From an uncultured Pseudomonadota bacterium (GTDB lineage Bacteria; Myxococcota_A; Polyangia; Fen-1088): a DNA stretch of 64,000 nucleotides. Below, one piece after another: positions 10,080-21,217 of the stretch. The stretch spans positions 256,001-320,000 of the forward strand of contig CAWKBC010000021.1 in NCBI GenBank assembly GCA_963847705.1, written 5' to 3'. Numbering within the stretch: position 1 is the first letter of the stretch; every line of letters starts with the position of its first letter. The notes beneath the pieces are model-generated. The model had not been told where the DNA came from and made no database searches. It worked only from the letters and a program-made list of their open reading frames with translations. Both the position numbers and the translations under genes were made by a program.

Positions 10080-10840
10080 CAACTCAGGGCTGAAAGAGGC
10101 GTCTGGCTGCGCCAGGTGAAACGCGCGGCGACGACGGATATTCGTGACAAAAGTTCGGTTGGAGGTCGCCTACGATGCTGTTGACGCTGGCGGTGCTGCT
10201 CGTCGGCTCAAGCGCGATCTTCACGCCGGCGTCGGCGGTGGACGATTGGCTGTTGGAGGCGGCGCCGGGGCAGACTTTGCGGTCGACGACGACGTCCGGA
10301 TCGCCAACGTGAGCCGTGAGGGCCTGTCGAGCGCCGATGTGACCTGCGAAAGTTCCCGGGATACCTGAACGGATCGGTGGGGAGCGAGTGGGTGACGATG
10401 AAGAGCGAGGCGAACCGACTGGATGGGCACATCGGCGACAGCCGGGTCGGCCTCGACGTCGTTCGCTCCGGCGACGAGCTGCGAATCATGGGGAGGTTAG
10501 GCGCTCGGGCTGTAACGCTGGAGGTTCGATCGAGCGGCATCGATGGGCCCTTCGCGCGACCCGCACGCTCGGACGGCGGGCGGGAACCTGGATGCTGGCG
10601 GACGCCTGGCGCGGAAGGCTCATGCTTATGGCGCGGCTCTGAGTCTCGTCGACGCCGTTCTCTGGTGACGAGCGGCCCGCCGAGCCGGCCGTCCAGAGCC
10701 CGGCCAGCGCGCCCGATCGCTTTGCTCGATTGTCTTTGGGGCGATCCCCGAGTCCGCTCTCGTGACCAGACGTTACATTCTATGAAGGCCGGACCATGGG
10801 CTCTTTCGCGCATGGTTCGGCCTCGAAGGAAGGGAGAGTG

Positions 10841-11176
10841 ATGGATTCGAAAGCAGCTCGATGGATCAATTTGGCCGTAGGGGCCTGGCTATTCATCTCG
10901 GCGTTTCTCTGGTCCCACACGTCGGCGCAATACACGAACAGCTGGCTCATGGGCGTCGTCACCGTCGTGATCGCGTTGAGTGCGGTCGGGGCGCCGGGGG
11001 TCCGGTTTCTCAACACGGCGGCCGGTGTCTGGCTCGTCATCTCGGCATTTGTGCTGCCGACCATGTCGATGGCCACGCGTTGGAACAACTTCATCGTGGG
11101 GGTCGTGATTGGCATCCTGTCGCTGGCCGGCGCCTCGTCCAACGTCACCCCGGTGCGGCGCGCGCGCACGGCCTGA
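10841..11176 (+). CDS. SPW-repeat-like small membrane protein
   Basis: WINLAVGAWLFISAF and FLNTAAGVWLVISAF repeats, WNNFIVG; RBS GGGAG. Confidence 0.75.
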   Translation: MDSKAARWINLAVGAWLFISAFLWSHTSAQYTNSWLMGVVTVVIALSAVGAPGVRFLNTAAGVWLVISAFVLPTMSMATRWNNFIVGVVIGILSLAGASSNVTPVRRARTA

Positions 11177-11184
11177 GCAGATCC

Positions 11185-11739
11185 ATGTGGAAGATCCAGG
11201 CGGGACGTGTGCTGCTGCTCGCGTTAGTTACCACCGTGCCGGCAAGCACCGGGTACGCCGCGGCGCCCGGTGGTCACAGTGGCGGCGCGGGCACGGGCGG
11301 TGGTGCGGGCGAGGCCGCCTGCGCAGTCGAGGTCCCTGCGGCACAGTTGACCGTGACGGACCTGCGCGCTGGGGTTCTGCTCAGCTACACGACGCAGCCG
11401 AACCTGGTCGGCGCCGTGCAGCGATTGGTGCGCAACTTCGCCGACCGGCAGAACGGCGGCTCGCCCGTCGGGCAGCAATTCGGCGATCCCCGACTCCAGG
11501 GGGGCGTCGTCGGCGCGCCACCCGGGACGGATGTTCTGGTCCCCGGCGCCCACGCGGAAGTTGCGAACACGGTCACCGGCGCTCGGTTGACCCTGGGGCC
11601 TGTCGCGCCCCCGATCCGGCGGCTGCTTCGCGCGGCGGCGGAGGAACAGGGGCGGCTCGAGAGGCGGCGACCTTGTCCGCCGGACCTGCGCCTCACGCCG
11701 GCGCCGCCTGGCGCCTCGGACGTGCCACGCCCGGGGTGA
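11185..11739 (+). CDS. Hypothetical exported protein
   Basis: Signal-peptide-like N-terminus MWKIQAGRVLLLALV; 8 bp after the SPW gene. Confidence 0.55.
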   Translation: MWKIQAGRVLLLALVTTVPASTGYAAAPGGHSGGAGTGGGAGEAACAVEVPAAQLTVTDLRAGVLLSYTTQPNLVGAVQRLVRNFADRQNGGSPVGQQFGDPRLQGGVVGAPPGTDVLVPGAHAEVANTVTGARLTLGPVAPPIRRLLRAAAEEQGRLERRRPCPPDLRLTPAPPGASDVPRPG

Positions 11740-11761
11740 TGTTCGTTTCGGTCCCCGACGG

Positions 11762-12943
11762 TTACCAGGATTCGTACCGGACCGCCTCGCCGAAACGCGG
11801 ATCGAACGCGGGCGCCAGCAACCGGCCGCGCTGGACCCGAAGCGCCAGAGCCAGCGAGAGCCCCGCGACGGCGAGGACCGCCACCGGATCCCACCAGTCG
11901 AAGATGGTGGCCGGGTTCCGCTCCGGCGCGATGAGCCAGTGGACCTCGAAGTACTGCGCGATCAGGAGATAGGTCGCCATGAAGGCGAGCAGCCCGCGGC
12001 TGCGTTTCACCACGTACGTAATGAGGGCCAGGAAGGGGAAGCCGAAGTGGCCGAAGATCGTGAACAGACTGGCCGCCCGGAACGGTCCGACCGAGCGCAG
12101 CACGAACCACCGAACCTCGCTCGGCTTGTTGGCCATCCAGGTGATGAAATAGTTGAAGTAAGCGGTGTAGGCCCAGAGCACCAGAAAGGTGAACATCACG
12201 CGCCCGAGCGCGTAGTAATGAGAGACGCTGAGTGGAACGCCGCCGCGCCGCTCGTTCCAGGCCGCGGCCACGGTCAGCACCGCGATCCCGCCCAGCAGCG
12301 AAAGCGCCATGAAGTAGTAGCCGAAGATGTACGAAACCCACTCCGGCGCCAGGGACATGATCCAATCGGTGCCGGCGCCGGTCAGCGTGAGCGCCATGAT
12401 CGGCGCCATCAACGCCGAGAGGGCGCGGAGCCGCGGCCGGAGGTTCGGGTGGGGCGCCTGGTCCGTCGCCAGGGACCAATGCCGAAGCATCAGCGCGAAG
12501 ATCGACCAGAGCGCGAGGTAGAAGATCGTGCGCAGCACGAAGAAGGTCGGGTTCAGGTAGGGGAGCTTGTGCACGAGGATCTTGTGCACCGCGGGATCGC
12601 GGATGTCCGCGACGTGCACCCAGGGGTAAAGGTGCCCCAGGCCGAGCAGGATGGGCACGAACAGCAGGCCGAGAAGCGGCATGACCGGCATCCCTGCCTC
12701 CGCGAGCCGTCGCACCACCGTGGGCCACCCGGCGTTCATCGCGTGAAAGATGACCAGCATCCCCATCAGCCCGATGATCACGGTCATCACGTAGATGACG
12801 GCGATCAGCCACGCGAAGAGTGTGCGCGTCGGGCTGAGCCAGAACCCGAAGGCGCTGGCGATCAAGGCCGCGACGCCCACGGCCAGCGCGATCCGCATGA
12901 GGCCCCCGCTGCGGTACGACAGGAATGCCGGCGCCGGTGTCAT
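11762..12943 (-). CDS. actF: Alternative complex III membrane subunit ActF
   Basis: [48 protein letters not shown]; ATGA overlap with actC. Confidence 0.85.
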   Translation of the reverse strand: MTPAPAFLSYRSGGLMRIALAVGVAALIASAFGFWLSPTRTLFAWLIAVIYVMTVIIGLMGMLVIFHAMNAGWPTVVRRLAEAGMPVMPLLGLLFVPILLGLGHLYPWVHVADIRDPAVHKILVHKLPYLNPTFFVLRTIFYLALWSIFALMLRHWSLATDQAPHPNLRPRLRALSALMAPIMALTLTGAGTDWIMSLAPEWVSYIFGYYFMALSLLGGIAVLTVAAAWNERRGGVPLSVSHYYALGRVMFTFLVLWAYTAYFNYFITWMANKPSEVRWFVLRSVGPFRAASLFTIFGHFGFPFLALITYVVKRSRGLLAFMATYLLIAQYFEVHWLIAPERNPATIFDWWDPVAVLAVAGLSLALALRVQRGRLLAPAFDPRFGEAVRYESW

Positions 12944-14331
12944 GCGACCGCCTCCTCCTTTTTCTCGTTGTGCTGCTGCTTCTCCTTTTGCTTCTCCTTC
13001 TGCATCTCGTGCGCCAGCTCCATCACCTCCGCGGTCGGAATGAAGGGGACGAACCGCACGAACAGGAGGAACAGCAAGCTGAAGAAGCCGATCGTGCCGA
13101 CGAAGATGCTCCAGTCGACCCAGGTCGGCGCGTAGTAGTACCAATCGGACGGCAGAAAATCGCGCTGCAAGGAGTCTGCGATGATCATGAAGCGCTCGGC
13201 CCACATGCCGACGAGCGCGAAGACCGAAAGAACCCAGGCGAGAAGATCGTTGCGGCGGATCCGGCTGAACCAGAAGAACTGCGGCACCACCATGTTGCAG
13301 AACAGCGCGGTCCAGACCACCGGCGCGCCGGGGCCAAAAAGATACTGATGCCAGAACATGTACTGCTCGGAATAGTCACCGCCGTACCAGGCGTAGAACC
13401 ACTCGGCCAGGTACGAGTAGGTGACGACCCACCCCGTCACGAGGAGCATCTTGCCCATCACGTCGATGTGCTGCGTGGTGACGACGTTCTGCATGCCGAA
13501 GACGCGGCGGATCGGGACGATCAAGATGATCACCATCGCAAAGCCCGAGTAGATGGCGCCGCCTACGAAGTAGGGCGGGAAGATCGTCTCGTGCCAGCCG
13601 GGGACCAGCGAAATGGCGTAGTCGGTCGACACCACGCTGTGCACCGAGATTACGAGGGGGGTCGCGAGCCCGCCGAGCAGACCGTACGTAACGCGGTACC
13701 GCCGCCAGTGCTGGACCGAGCCGCGCCAGCCGAGGGCGAAGACGCCGTAGACGTACTGGCGCAAGCGGCCGGGCGCGCGATCGCGCAGCGCCGCCAGATC
13801 GGGCACGAGCCCGAGGTACCAGAACAGCAGCGAGACGGTCGCATAAGTGAAGACGGCGGCGGCGTCCCAGGGCAGTGCGCTCTTGAAGTTCGGCCAGACG
13901 TGCATGGTGGCCGGATAGGGGACCAACCAGTAGGCGAACCAGGGGCGCCCGAGATGGAGCAACGGAAACAGACCCGCCTGCGCCACCGCGAAGAGCGTCA
14001 TGGCCTCGGCCACCCGGTTGATCGAGGTGCGCCAGCGTTGCTCGAGGAGCAGCAGGATGGCGGAGATGAACGTGCCGGCGTGCCCGATCCCGATCCACCA
14101 GACGAAGTTGATGATCGGGAAGGCCCAGGCGACCGGGATGTTGTTTCCCCAGACGCCCGTCCCACGCCAGACGCTGTACGTGATCGCGAAGATCGCCAGC
14201 AGCGTGCCGAGGCCGCTCAGCGCCAGGCCCAAGAGGAACATCCGGCCGCGCGGGGTCCACATCGGCGAGAGCAGCTGCTCGTGCAGTTTCGGGGGCGACA
14301 GGTCGCCGGTGATGACGGGTGTCTCGGTCAT
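12940..14331 (-). CDS. actC: Alternative complex III quinol-binding subunit ActC (NrfD/PsrC family)
   Basis: [57 protein letters not shown]. Confidence 0.92.
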   Translation of the reverse strand: MTETPVITGDLSPPKLHEQLLSPMWTPRGRMFLLGLALSGLGTLLAIFAITYSVWRGTGVWGNNIPVAWAFPIINFVWWIGIGHAGTFISAILLLLEQRWRTSINRVAEAMTLFAVAQAGLFPLLHLGRPWFAYWLVPYPATMHVWPNFKSALPWDAAAVFTYATVSLLFWYLGLVPDLAALRDRAPGRLRQYVYGVFALGWRGSVQHWRRYRVTYGLLGGLATPLVISVHSVVSTDYAISLVPGWHETIFPPYFVGGAIYSGFAMVIILIVPIRRVFGMQNVVTTQHIDVMGKMLLVTGWVVTYSYLAEWFYAWYGGDYSEQYMFWHQYLFGPGAPVVWTALFCNMVVPQFFWFSRIRRNDLLAWVLSVFALVGMWAERFMIIADSLQRDFLPSDWYYYAPTWVDWSIFVGTIGFFSLLFLLFVRFVPFIPTAEVMELAHEMQKEKQKEKQQHNEKKEEAVA

Positions 14332-14404
14332 GGTTCGACGCCTCTCATCTGCGCACGTCGCACTGGTGCGCAATCGGGAACAGATCGGGTAAACCGCCGG
14401 TCAT

Positions 14405-14788
14405 TCACAACTCGTCCGGCGCGCGCGTCGCATCGATCGGTCCTTGGAAAATGACCAGCCCCGCGGCGCCCAGGCAGAGCCACGCGAAGGTGAAGATCCA
14501 CCAGGCGAACCACGGCGTGCCGTGATGGAAGACGGCTATCAGCCACAGCGCGAACAGCAGCAGCGTCAGCCCGAGCAGGCAAGCGCCAGCCAGCGGCGCA
14601 GAGCGCCGCGCAGGGATGAGGCCGACCACCGACACCACGCCCAGCGCCACTCCGCCCTCCAACCAGAGCAACCAGGCCGTGGCGTCCTCCGTCCGAGCGA
14701 TGACCCAGAGCACCACCAGACCCACCCCGACGAATCCGACAACCGGCCGACTCACCGCCGCTCTCCTGGTCTCGATCCCGTGAGGCAT
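14405..14788 (-). CDS. Small 4-TM hypothetical membrane protein within the respiratory operon
   Basis: Four hydrophobic segments; co-oriented, 9 bp after subunit IV. Confidence 0.65.
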   Translation of the reverse strand: MPHGIETRRAAVSRPVVGFVGVGLVVLWVIARTEDATAWLLWLEGGVALGVVSVVGLIPARRSAPLAGACLLGLTLLLFALWLIAVFHHGTPWFAWWIFTFAWLCLGAAGLVIFQGPIDATRAPDEL

Positions 14789-14797
14789 CGCATGTCG

Positions 14798-15145
14798 TTA
14801 CCGTTCGTAGAACCCGAAGCTGGGCCCCGGGTGCGGGGCCGGCGGCTGGACGTGGCGGGTGGCGACGTCGGCGACGACCAGCAGTAAAAGGGTGAGCAGC
14901 AAGGAGACCCCGACGCCCAGGCCCAGGCGAACCTGAAACTCGGCCTCGCAGAGATGCATGAAGACCCACATGACGATGCCCGCTTGGATGAGCGCGACGG
15001 TCAGATCGATCACCAGGTCCCAGTGCAGCCAGTGGACGGCGCGGGCGAAGACCAGCGAAAGTCCAGCCAGCGCCAGCAGCGCCACATAGGCAAGCAGATA
15101 GCGGGCGGGCAGCAAGGGGGGGGCGGTCGTGGGCTTCGCGATCAT
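14798..15145 (-). CDS. coxD: Cytochrome c oxidase subunit IV (caa3 type)
   Basis: Three TM helices, VFMHL motif, follows subunit III. Confidence 0.8.
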   Translation of the reverse strand: MIAKPTTAPPLLPARYLLAYVALLALAGLSLVFARAVHWLHWDLVIDLTVALIQAGIVMWVFMHLCEAEFQVRLGLGVGVSLLLTLLLLVVADVATRHVQPPAPHPGPSFGFYER

Positions 15146-15149
15146 TGGG

Positions 15150-15779
15150 TCAGCTCAGATAGAGGATCGGCCAGAGGAAGATCCACATCAGATCGATGAG
15201 CGACCAGTAGAGGGTCCCCATCTCCAGCTTGACGTGATACTGGGACGTGTAGCGCCCCTGAAACGCGCGCACCGCCATCCAGGAGACCACCACGATGCCT
15301 CCGGTCAGGTGAAGCGCGTGGAACCCGGTCAGACCCCAGTACATCGTGAAGAACCGATTGCCGCCGAAGGTCGGCAGGTCGCGGTCGTGGTACCAAGGGC
15401 CGGGCAGCGAGCCTTCGTAGAAGTGCTGGCGGTACTCCAGGAGCTTGATCGCCAGGAAGGTCAGCCCCAGCGCCGCGGTCGCCGAGAGCATGGCGCCCGT
15501 GAACCTACGCCGGTCGGTGCGCGCGCCGTGGAGGGCCAGCGCGGCTGTCAGACCGCTGGTGAGGAGAACGAACAGGTTCGTCGTCCCGTAGGCGAACGTG
15601 TTGTGCAGGATGCCCGCCTTGAAGTCGGAGGGGAACATCGTCCGGTACGCGGCGTAGAGCGTGAACAGCGCGGCGAACAACAAGATCTCGCTGATCAGGA
15701 AGACCCACATCCCGAACCGCAGGGCGGTGGCCTGGTGTTCGAGATCGGCGAACTGCTCACCGAGCGCTGGCTCTTGCAC
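15150..15779 (-). CDS. coxC: Cytochrome c oxidase subunit III
   Basis: GMWVFLISEILLF, LTGFHALH, LYW. Confidence 0.9.
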   Translation of the reverse strand: MQEPALGEQFADLEHQATALRFGMWVFLISEILLFAALFTLYAAYRTMFPSDFKAGILHNTFAYGTTNLFVLLTSGLTAALALHGARTDRRRFTGAMLSATAALGLTFLAIKLLEYRQHFYEGSLPGPWYHDRDLPTFGGNRFFTMYWGLTGFHALHLTGGIVVVSWMAVRAFQGRYTSQYHVKLEMGTLYWSLIDLMWIFLWPILYLS

Positions 15780-17409
15780 GGGCCTCCTCCTCGGTGAGGG
15801 TGTAGTCGTACGGCGAGAAATCGAGCCGCGGCGTTACCGAGAAGTTGTGCTTGGGCGGCGGCGAGCTGGTGAGCCACTCGAACCCGCGCGAATGCCAAGG
15901 GTTGGGCGGCGCCTTCCGTCCCCACTTGAGCGCCACGACCAGGTTGCCGAGCGCGATCAGGACGGCGCCGCCCAGCAGCCAGGCGCCGCCCGTCGAGAGT
16001 ACGTGAAGAAACTGAAACCGGGGCGGGTAGGAGTAATACCGACGAGGCATCCCCATGTTTCCCAGCAGAAACTGCGGGAAAAAGGTGAGGACGAACCCCA
16101 TGAACACGGCGACGGCCGCCAGAGTTCCCACCCGCTCGTTGTAGAGGCGGCCGAACATTTTGGGGAACCAGTAGTGCGCGGCCGCCAGGAACGCCGTCAC
16201 GCTGCCGCCGACCATGATGAAATGGAAGTGCGCGACGACGAAGTACGTGTCGGTCCAGTGGACGTCGAGCGATTGCGTGGCCAGCGCCACGCCGGTCATC
16301 CCCCCGAAGACGAACAGGAAGAGGAATCCGAAAAAATAGATCAGCGGAGTCTTCACGACGATCTGGCCGCGGTAGAGGGTGCCGGTCCAGGTGAAGACCT
16401 TGATGGCCGAAAAGATGGCCACGAACATCGACATGATGCCGAAGACGCCGGCGTCGAACGTCGACATCCCGGAGACGAACATGTGGTGGCCCCAGGTGAG
16501 AAACCCGACGAAGGCGATCCCCAGCGTCGAGACCGCGATGGCCGTATAGGACGACAGCTGTCGGTGCGCGAAGGTCGGCACGATCTCGCTGATCACGCCC
16601 ATCCCCGGCAGGATCATGATGTAGACGGCCGGGTGCGAGTAGAACCAGAAGATGTGCTGGAACAGCACCGGATCGCCGCCGACCGCCGGATCGAAGATCC
16701 CCAGCCTGAGAGCGTGATCGAGCCCGACCAGCGCCAGCGCCATCCCCAGCACCGGCGTCGCCAGGACCATGATGACGCTGGTGGCGTAGATGGTCCAGAC
16801 GAACAGCGGCATGTTGCGCCAGCGCAGGCCGCGCGCCCGCATGAGGTGAGTGGTCGCGATGAAGTTGATCCCGCTGAAGATGGACGACATGCCGAGGATG
16901 AAGATCCCGACGACGACCGGAACCAAATCCGTTGGGGTGGTGTCGGCGTACGGTGCGTAAAACGTCCACCCCGTGTCGGTGCCTCCGGCGATCATGCCGC
17001 CGAAGGTGACGACCGCGCCCAGCACGAAGGTGTAAAAGCTCATCAGATTGAGCTTGGGGAAGGCCAGATCCTTGGCGCCCACCTGGAGCGGGAGCAGGAA
17101 GTTGCCGAAGCTGGTCGGGATGCTCGGCACGAGAAAGAGCCAGACCATGGTCACGCCGTGCAGCGTGAACATCCGGTCGTACGTCATGGCATCCATGATC
17201 GTGCGGTTCGGCGTCAGCAGCTCGGTGCGCATCGCGAGCGCGAAGACGCCGCCCAGCAGGAACATGCCCGTGACGGTCACGAGGAACATGACGCCGATTC
17301 GCTTGTGGTCGCGCGTGTTCAGCCAGGACCAGATCCCGCTGTCGGCCTGAAGGTAGCTCGGCTCCTCGACGGGCTCGGCGACGGCGACGGCTTCGGCTGG
17401 CGCGGTCAT
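15757..17409 (-). CDS. coxA: Heme-copper oxidase subunit I, A2 type
   Basis: DHKRIG, FTLHG, FWFYSHPAVY (YS motif of A2 type), WGHHMF, AHFH, GMPRR. Confidence 0.95.
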   Translation of the reverse strand: MTAPAEAVAVAEPVEEPSYLQADSGIWSWLNTRDHKRIGVMFLVTVTGMFLLGGVFALAMRTELLTPNRTIMDAMTYDRMFTLHGVTMVWLFLVPSIPTSFGNFLLPLQVGAKDLAFPKLNLMSFYTFVLGAVVTFGGMIAGGTDTGWTFYAPYADTTPTDLVPVVVGIFILGMSSIFSGINFIATTHLMRARGLRWRNMPLFVWTIYATSVIMVLATPVLGMALALVGLDHALRLGIFDPAVGGDPVLFQHIFWFYSHPAVYIMILPGMGVISEIVPTFAHRQLSSYTAIAVSTLGIAFVGFLTWGHHMFVSGMSTFDAGVFGIMSMFVAIFSAIKVFTWTGTLYRGQIVVKTPLIYFFGFLFLFVFGGMTGVALATQSLDVHWTDTYFVVAHFHFIMVGGSVTAFLAAAHYWFPKMFGRLYNERVGTLAAVAVFMGFVLTFFPQFLLGNMGMPRRYYSYPPRFQFLHVLSTGGAWLLGGAVLIALGNLVVALKWGRKAPPNPWHSRGFEWLTSSPPPKHNFSVTPRLDFSPYDYTLTEEEARARASAR

Positions 17410-18839
17410 GGGCTGGTCTCCCTCGTGGTCGCCTGGTGGCGTTGCTTCGGAAAGGCGCCAGCGTCCGGCACGTTCGAACGCGGGCCGATCGCCGAGGGCA
17501 CCACGGACCGGGCACCGCTTGGCGCTTCGACTTCAATCCTGCCGGCCGGCAGCGGGTTGGGCTGGAGGCCCGGCGGCGGCAGCCCCTGCTCGAAAGCGGG
17601 CGGCATCGGCTGGTGATCCGGCGCGAGGTGCAGGGGCAGCTCGGGCGAGGGCTGAGATGCGCGCCCGATCGCGCCGGCGGCAGGTGTCGCGGCCCCGGGC
17701 ACAGCCGCGACGGGGAGCGTGGTGCGGCCGGGAACGTCGCGCAGGGACTTGATGAGCTCGATCATCGCGGCGCTCTCCGCCGGCGACAGCAGGCCGTGGT
17801 AGCTGGGCATCACCGGCGCGTACCCGGCGTGGATCTTGGCCAGCGGATCCATCATCGATTCGGTGAGGTAGGCCTCGTCGGCCACCACCGTCTGTCCGGT
17901 CGTGAGCGGGATGCGGGCTCGATAGAGGCCGGCCCAGGTCGGGCCGATGTGCGCCGTCCCGTCCAGGGTATGGCAGCGCAGGCAGCCCTGCTGCGCGGCC
18001 GCCTCCGTCCCGACCCGCACCAAATTGAGCAGTTGCGCAGGGGGGAACTCCTCCTCCGACGCGGGCTCGAGGTCCGGCGAGGTCGCCAGCGGAACCCCTC
18101 CGGCCTGCCCCAGCGGCGCGCCCGGCTGCTCGCCCAGATCGCCGATGTTCTGGCCGCTGTTGTCGGCCGCTAGCCACCGGGCATAGTCGGAAGGGTCGAG
18201 CGCGACGACCTGCCCGCGCATGATCGAGTGCCCGGTCCCGCAATACTCGGCGCAGAGTACCTGGTGCGTGCCCGGCTCGGGGACCTCGAACCAGGCGGTG
18301 GTGTAGCGGCCCGGCAATGCGTCCTGCTTGATACGAAAGTCGGGGACGAAGAAGCTGTGGATGACGTCGCGCGAGGTCAGCAGCAGCTTGATGGGCCGCC
18401 CCGTCGGGACGTAAATCGTGGCGATCGAGCTCTGGCCGTCGGGATAAGAGAACTTCCACATCCACTGCTTGGCGGTGACGTACAGATCTAGGGTGTTCGG
18501 GGGCGGGACGCGGAGGCGGACGTACTGCATGAATCCGATCACCCACCAGAGGCAGAAGAGCCCCAGCAGGCTCGCCCCGAGCAGCAGCTCGAACCAGGCC
18601 GGGGTCGTCGGGGCCGCCTGAGATCGGACCACGAGCTCACCGCGGACGCGGTACTTGAACACCCAGTAGAGGGCCAGCAATGCTACCAACGACGCGCCCG
18701 CCATCGTCGTGCTGATGACGAAGTAGTGGAGGTGATCGATGTCGGCCGCCATCGTCGACGACTGCGGCGGAAGGAAGAGCAGCCGGCGGAACAGCTCGTT
18801 CACCGCTGCCTGGCGGCTGGGACCGGGCGGGGGGCTCAT
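17406..18839 (-). CDS. coxB: Cytochrome c oxidase subunit II with fused C-terminal cytochrome c
   Basis: KQWMW, DVIHSF, CAEYCGTGHSIM (CuA), CLRCH heme motif, Pro-rich tail. Confidence 0.93.
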   Translation of the reverse strand: MSPPPGPSRQAAVNELFRRLLFLPPQSSTMAADIDHLHYFVISTTMAGASLVALLALYWVFKYRVRGELVVRSQAAPTTPAWFELLLGASLLGLFCLWWVIGFMQYVRLRVPPPNTLDLYVTAKQWMWKFSYPDGQSSIATIYVPTGRPIKLLLTSRDVIHSFFVPDFRIKQDALPGRYTTAWFEVPEPGTHQVLCAEYCGTGHSIMRGQVVALDPSDYARWLAADNSGQNIGDLGEQPGAPLGQAGGVPLATSPDLEPASEEEFPPAQLLNLVRVGTEAAAQQGCLRCHTLDGTAHIGPTWAGLYRARIPLTTGQTVVADEAYLTESMMDPLAKIHAGYAPVMPSYHGLLSPAESAAMIELIKSLRDVPGRTTLPVAAVPGAATPAAGAIGRASQPSPELPLHLAPDHQPMPPAFEQGLPPPGLQPNPLPAGRIEVEAPSGARSVVPSAIGPRSNVPDAGAFPKQRHQATTRETSP

Positions 18840-19675
18840 CGCGGCTCCTGGTCGTCTTCGCGCCGCAGCGTCGACTCTCGGCGCCACAGCAGGCCCAGGC
18901 AGATGCCGACCGTGAGCAACACGAGCAGGCCGCCGCCTTTCAGCAAGCCGACCACATAGATCCCGTACCGGCGCGCGCTCGGGTCGTAGCGGAAGCAGGT
19001 CAGAAGGACGCGCTCGACGAGGCCTCCGACCTTGCCGTGTCCCGCTTCGGTCAGGGCCAGCCGCAGATCGAACGGCCGAAAATCGACGCCGTAGACATAG
19101 CGTGCGAACCGCCCCTCCGGGGTCAGCACCACCGCGCCGGCCGCGTGCGCAAATTGATGACTGGTCGGATCGTAGACGTAGCGAAACCCCACGGCATTGG
19201 CCAGTGCGCGCGAGCCGCTCGCGCTCCCCACCAGAAAAGGCCAGCCCGCTTTCGCTTCCGGGTGGCCGAGCGCCTGGAGCACGTGCCCCTGCTTCAAGAG
19301 CGCCGCGGCGGGTGTGTCATCCGGGTCGATGCTGACGGTGAGCAGATCGGCCTGTCTGCCGGGCGTCCAGCCGATCTGGGCGAGCGCTTTGGCGAGCCCC
19401 CGCAGCACGAGATCGCACAGCATGGGGCAGCGGTAGTAGGCCAGCACCAGGACGATCGGACGGCCGTGATGCAAGTAATCTCCCAGGCGCACCGGCTGGC
19501 CGTCCTGGTTGCGAAACGTCAGGTCGGCCGGCACCAGGTCCCCCAGATGCTCGTCGATCCCGACGTTCATGGCCGCCGGCGGCAAGGGTCCCCGCAACGG
19601 CCCGCGGGCGGCCAGCGCCGGCGCCGCCATCAGCATCGACGCGGCCAACAGCGCGGGCTGCAGCCGGCGCCTCAT
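18836..19675 (-). CDS. SCO1/SenC family copper chaperone
   Basis: YYRCPMLC, VSIDP, FAHAA, CFRYDP. Confidence 0.9.
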   Translation of the reverse strand: MRRRLQPALLAASMLMAAPALAARGPLRGPLPPAAMNVGIDEHLGDLVPADLTFRNQDGQPVRLGDYLHHGRPIVLVLAYYRCPMLCDLVLRGLAKALAQIGWTPGRQADLLTVSIDPDDTPAAALLKQGHVLQALGHPEAKAGWPFLVGSASGSRALANAVGFRYVYDPTSHQFAHAAGAVVLTPEGRFARYVYGVDFRPFDLRLALTEAGHGKVGGLVERVLLTCFRYDPSARRYGIYVVGLLKGGGLLVLLTVGICLGLLWRRESTLRREDDQEPR

Positions 19676-20055
19676 TGTTTGGCCCTCCCGCTTCGGGGCT
19701 CGGCGAGAACCAGGTCGATGCCCACCTCGATGGGGACCCGGACGAGCCCGCGGCCGCGATCGATCCACCCGTACTGTTCGAGCGTTCGGCTCTGCGCTTC
19801 GAGCGGCGTCGGTTGGGGAGCGGTGATCGTGAAGAGCTCTTGCCTGACCTGCCCCACCCGATGCGGCGGTGGGAGGGCGGCTTCGGGAAACTTCGACGAT
19901 GGGCGCAGCGCGTGCTCTTGCGCGCGCAGGAAAAAATAGGCGATGAGGCAGAGACTGATCCCGACGATCACGGTGCCCGCGGCGATGCGCAAAAGGAGGG
20001 CGCGGGGCAGCTGATCCGGCTCCTGAAAGACGTCCTCGTGAACCGGGAAGTTCAT
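19672..20055 (-). CDS. Small single-TM ACIII-associated subunit (ActG-like)
   Basis: MNFPVHEDVFQEPD, one TM, LEQYGWIDRGRGLVRVPIE; ATGA overlaps on both sides. Confidence 0.65.
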   Translation of the reverse strand: MNFPVHEDVFQEPDQLPRALLLRIAAGTVIVGISLCLIAYFFLRAQEHALRPSSKFPEAALPPPHRVGQVRQELFTITAPQPTPLEAQSRTLEQYGWIDRGRGLVRVPIEVGIDLVLAEPRSGRAKQ

Positions 20056-20690
20056 GGCGCGTCTCCTGGCAGGGCGGCCATGGCGCGGGCGCGTTGAGCA
20101 GCCGACAAGTCCGACAGTCGGACCCGTTGACTGCGCTGCAGGGCACGCAGGTAGGCCACCACCGCCCATCGATCGGAGATGCTGAGGTGCATGTCGTACG
20201 CGGGCATCAGGCCGTACCCGACGCTCACCACCTGGAACACCCGCCCTGGCGGAAACGACACCACCGGTTCCTCGAGCAGTGACGGCGGGCGCCGAAGCGT
20301 CATGTTGCTGGCCACCATGCTGTCTCCGTTGCCGAGCGCGCCGTGGCAGGCGGCGCAGTAGATGTCGAAGCGGTCGTGGCCGCGGTCGAGGATCGCCCGG
20401 CTGAGGGCGATCGGGATCTCCTTCGTGTACGCGCCCGACGGCTGCACGCCCCGCGTGAGCGCTGGCTGCCCCAGCAGCTGGCTGCGCGGGACGGCTCCGA
20501 GCGGCGGCGGTCGCATCACCCGTCCGTCCTCGAACTGGACCGATCGGCCGAAGGGACGATAGCCGCGTTGGTGCTGCATCCGCTCGAGATCGGGCTCGGG
20601 CAACACCCCCTCGCAGCCGGCCGCCGCCGTCGCTGCCAGCCAGACCGCCAGCTGGGCCAGTTCGGCCCACCGTCGTCCGCGCGGCGTCAC
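20052..20690 (-). CDS. actE: ACIII monoheme cytochrome c lipoprotein ActE
   Basis: GTG start overlapping the actD stop; lipobox AAGC; MRPPPLGAVPR, IYCAACHG, GYGLMP, DRWAVVAY. Confidence 0.88.
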   Translation of the reverse strand: MTPRGRRWAELAQLAVWLAATAAAGCEGVLPEPDLERMQHQRGYRPFGRSVQFEDGRVMRPPPLGAVPRSQLLGQPALTRGVQPSGAYTKEIPIALSRAILDRGHDRFDIYCAACHGALGNGDSMVASNMTLRRPPSLLEEPVVSFPPGRVFQVVSVGYGLMPAYDMHLSISDRWAVVAYLRALQRSQRVRLSDLSAAQRARAMAALPGDAP

Positions 20691-21217
20691 GTCTCGGCCC
20701 CCACGTACTCCACGCGCGCGGCGCCGAGCTCGCGCAGCTCGCGTTCGGTCTGGTCCGGGTCGAACTTGTCGTCGCGCGCGTTCACCCCCACCCAGAACCC
20801 CGTGCTGGTGGCGCTCTCGAAACCCGGCGCTTTGAAAATGGGGTGACTCAGCCGGGGGAGGCGGCAGCTCCAGAAGAAGAGGACGAACCCGCCCACCGAC
20901 GTGAAGAGCACCATTGTCTCGAACGTGATGATGATGAAGGGGGGGATCGAAAAGGGGGGACGCCCGCCGACGTCGAGCGGATAGAGGTGGGCCACCGTGA
21001 ACCACTGGAGGAAGAACGCGAAGACCGCGCCGAACGTGCCCAGCGCACCGGCCATGAGGTTGAGCTTCGGACGGGGCAGATCCAGCGCCTGTTGGAGGCC
21101 GCGGACCGGAAAGGGCGTGAACGCGTCCATCTGACGGTACCCGCGCTCGCGCAGCACGCGGACGGTTGCCAGCAACCGATCCGGATCGTGGAACTCTGCG
21201 AGCACACCGAAGCGCAT
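20687..21217 (-). CDS. actD: ACIII subunit ActD (DUF3341)
   Basis: GVLAEF, DAFTPFPV.GL, YPLDVGGRP, ITFE. Confidence 0.9.
   Translation of the reverse strand: MRFGVLAEFHDPDRLLATVRVLRERGYRQMDAFTPFPVRGLQQALDLPRPKLNLMAGALGTFGAVFAFFLQWFTVAHLYPLDVGGRPPFSIPPFIIITFETMVLFTSVGGFVLFFWSCRLPRLSHPIFKAPGFESATSTGFWVGVNARDDKFDPDQTERELRELGAARVEYVGAET

Noticed and set aside
10080-10800. Possible gene fragments in a 0.7-kb gap
   Set aside because: No motif could be assigned with confidence; probably decayed sequence.
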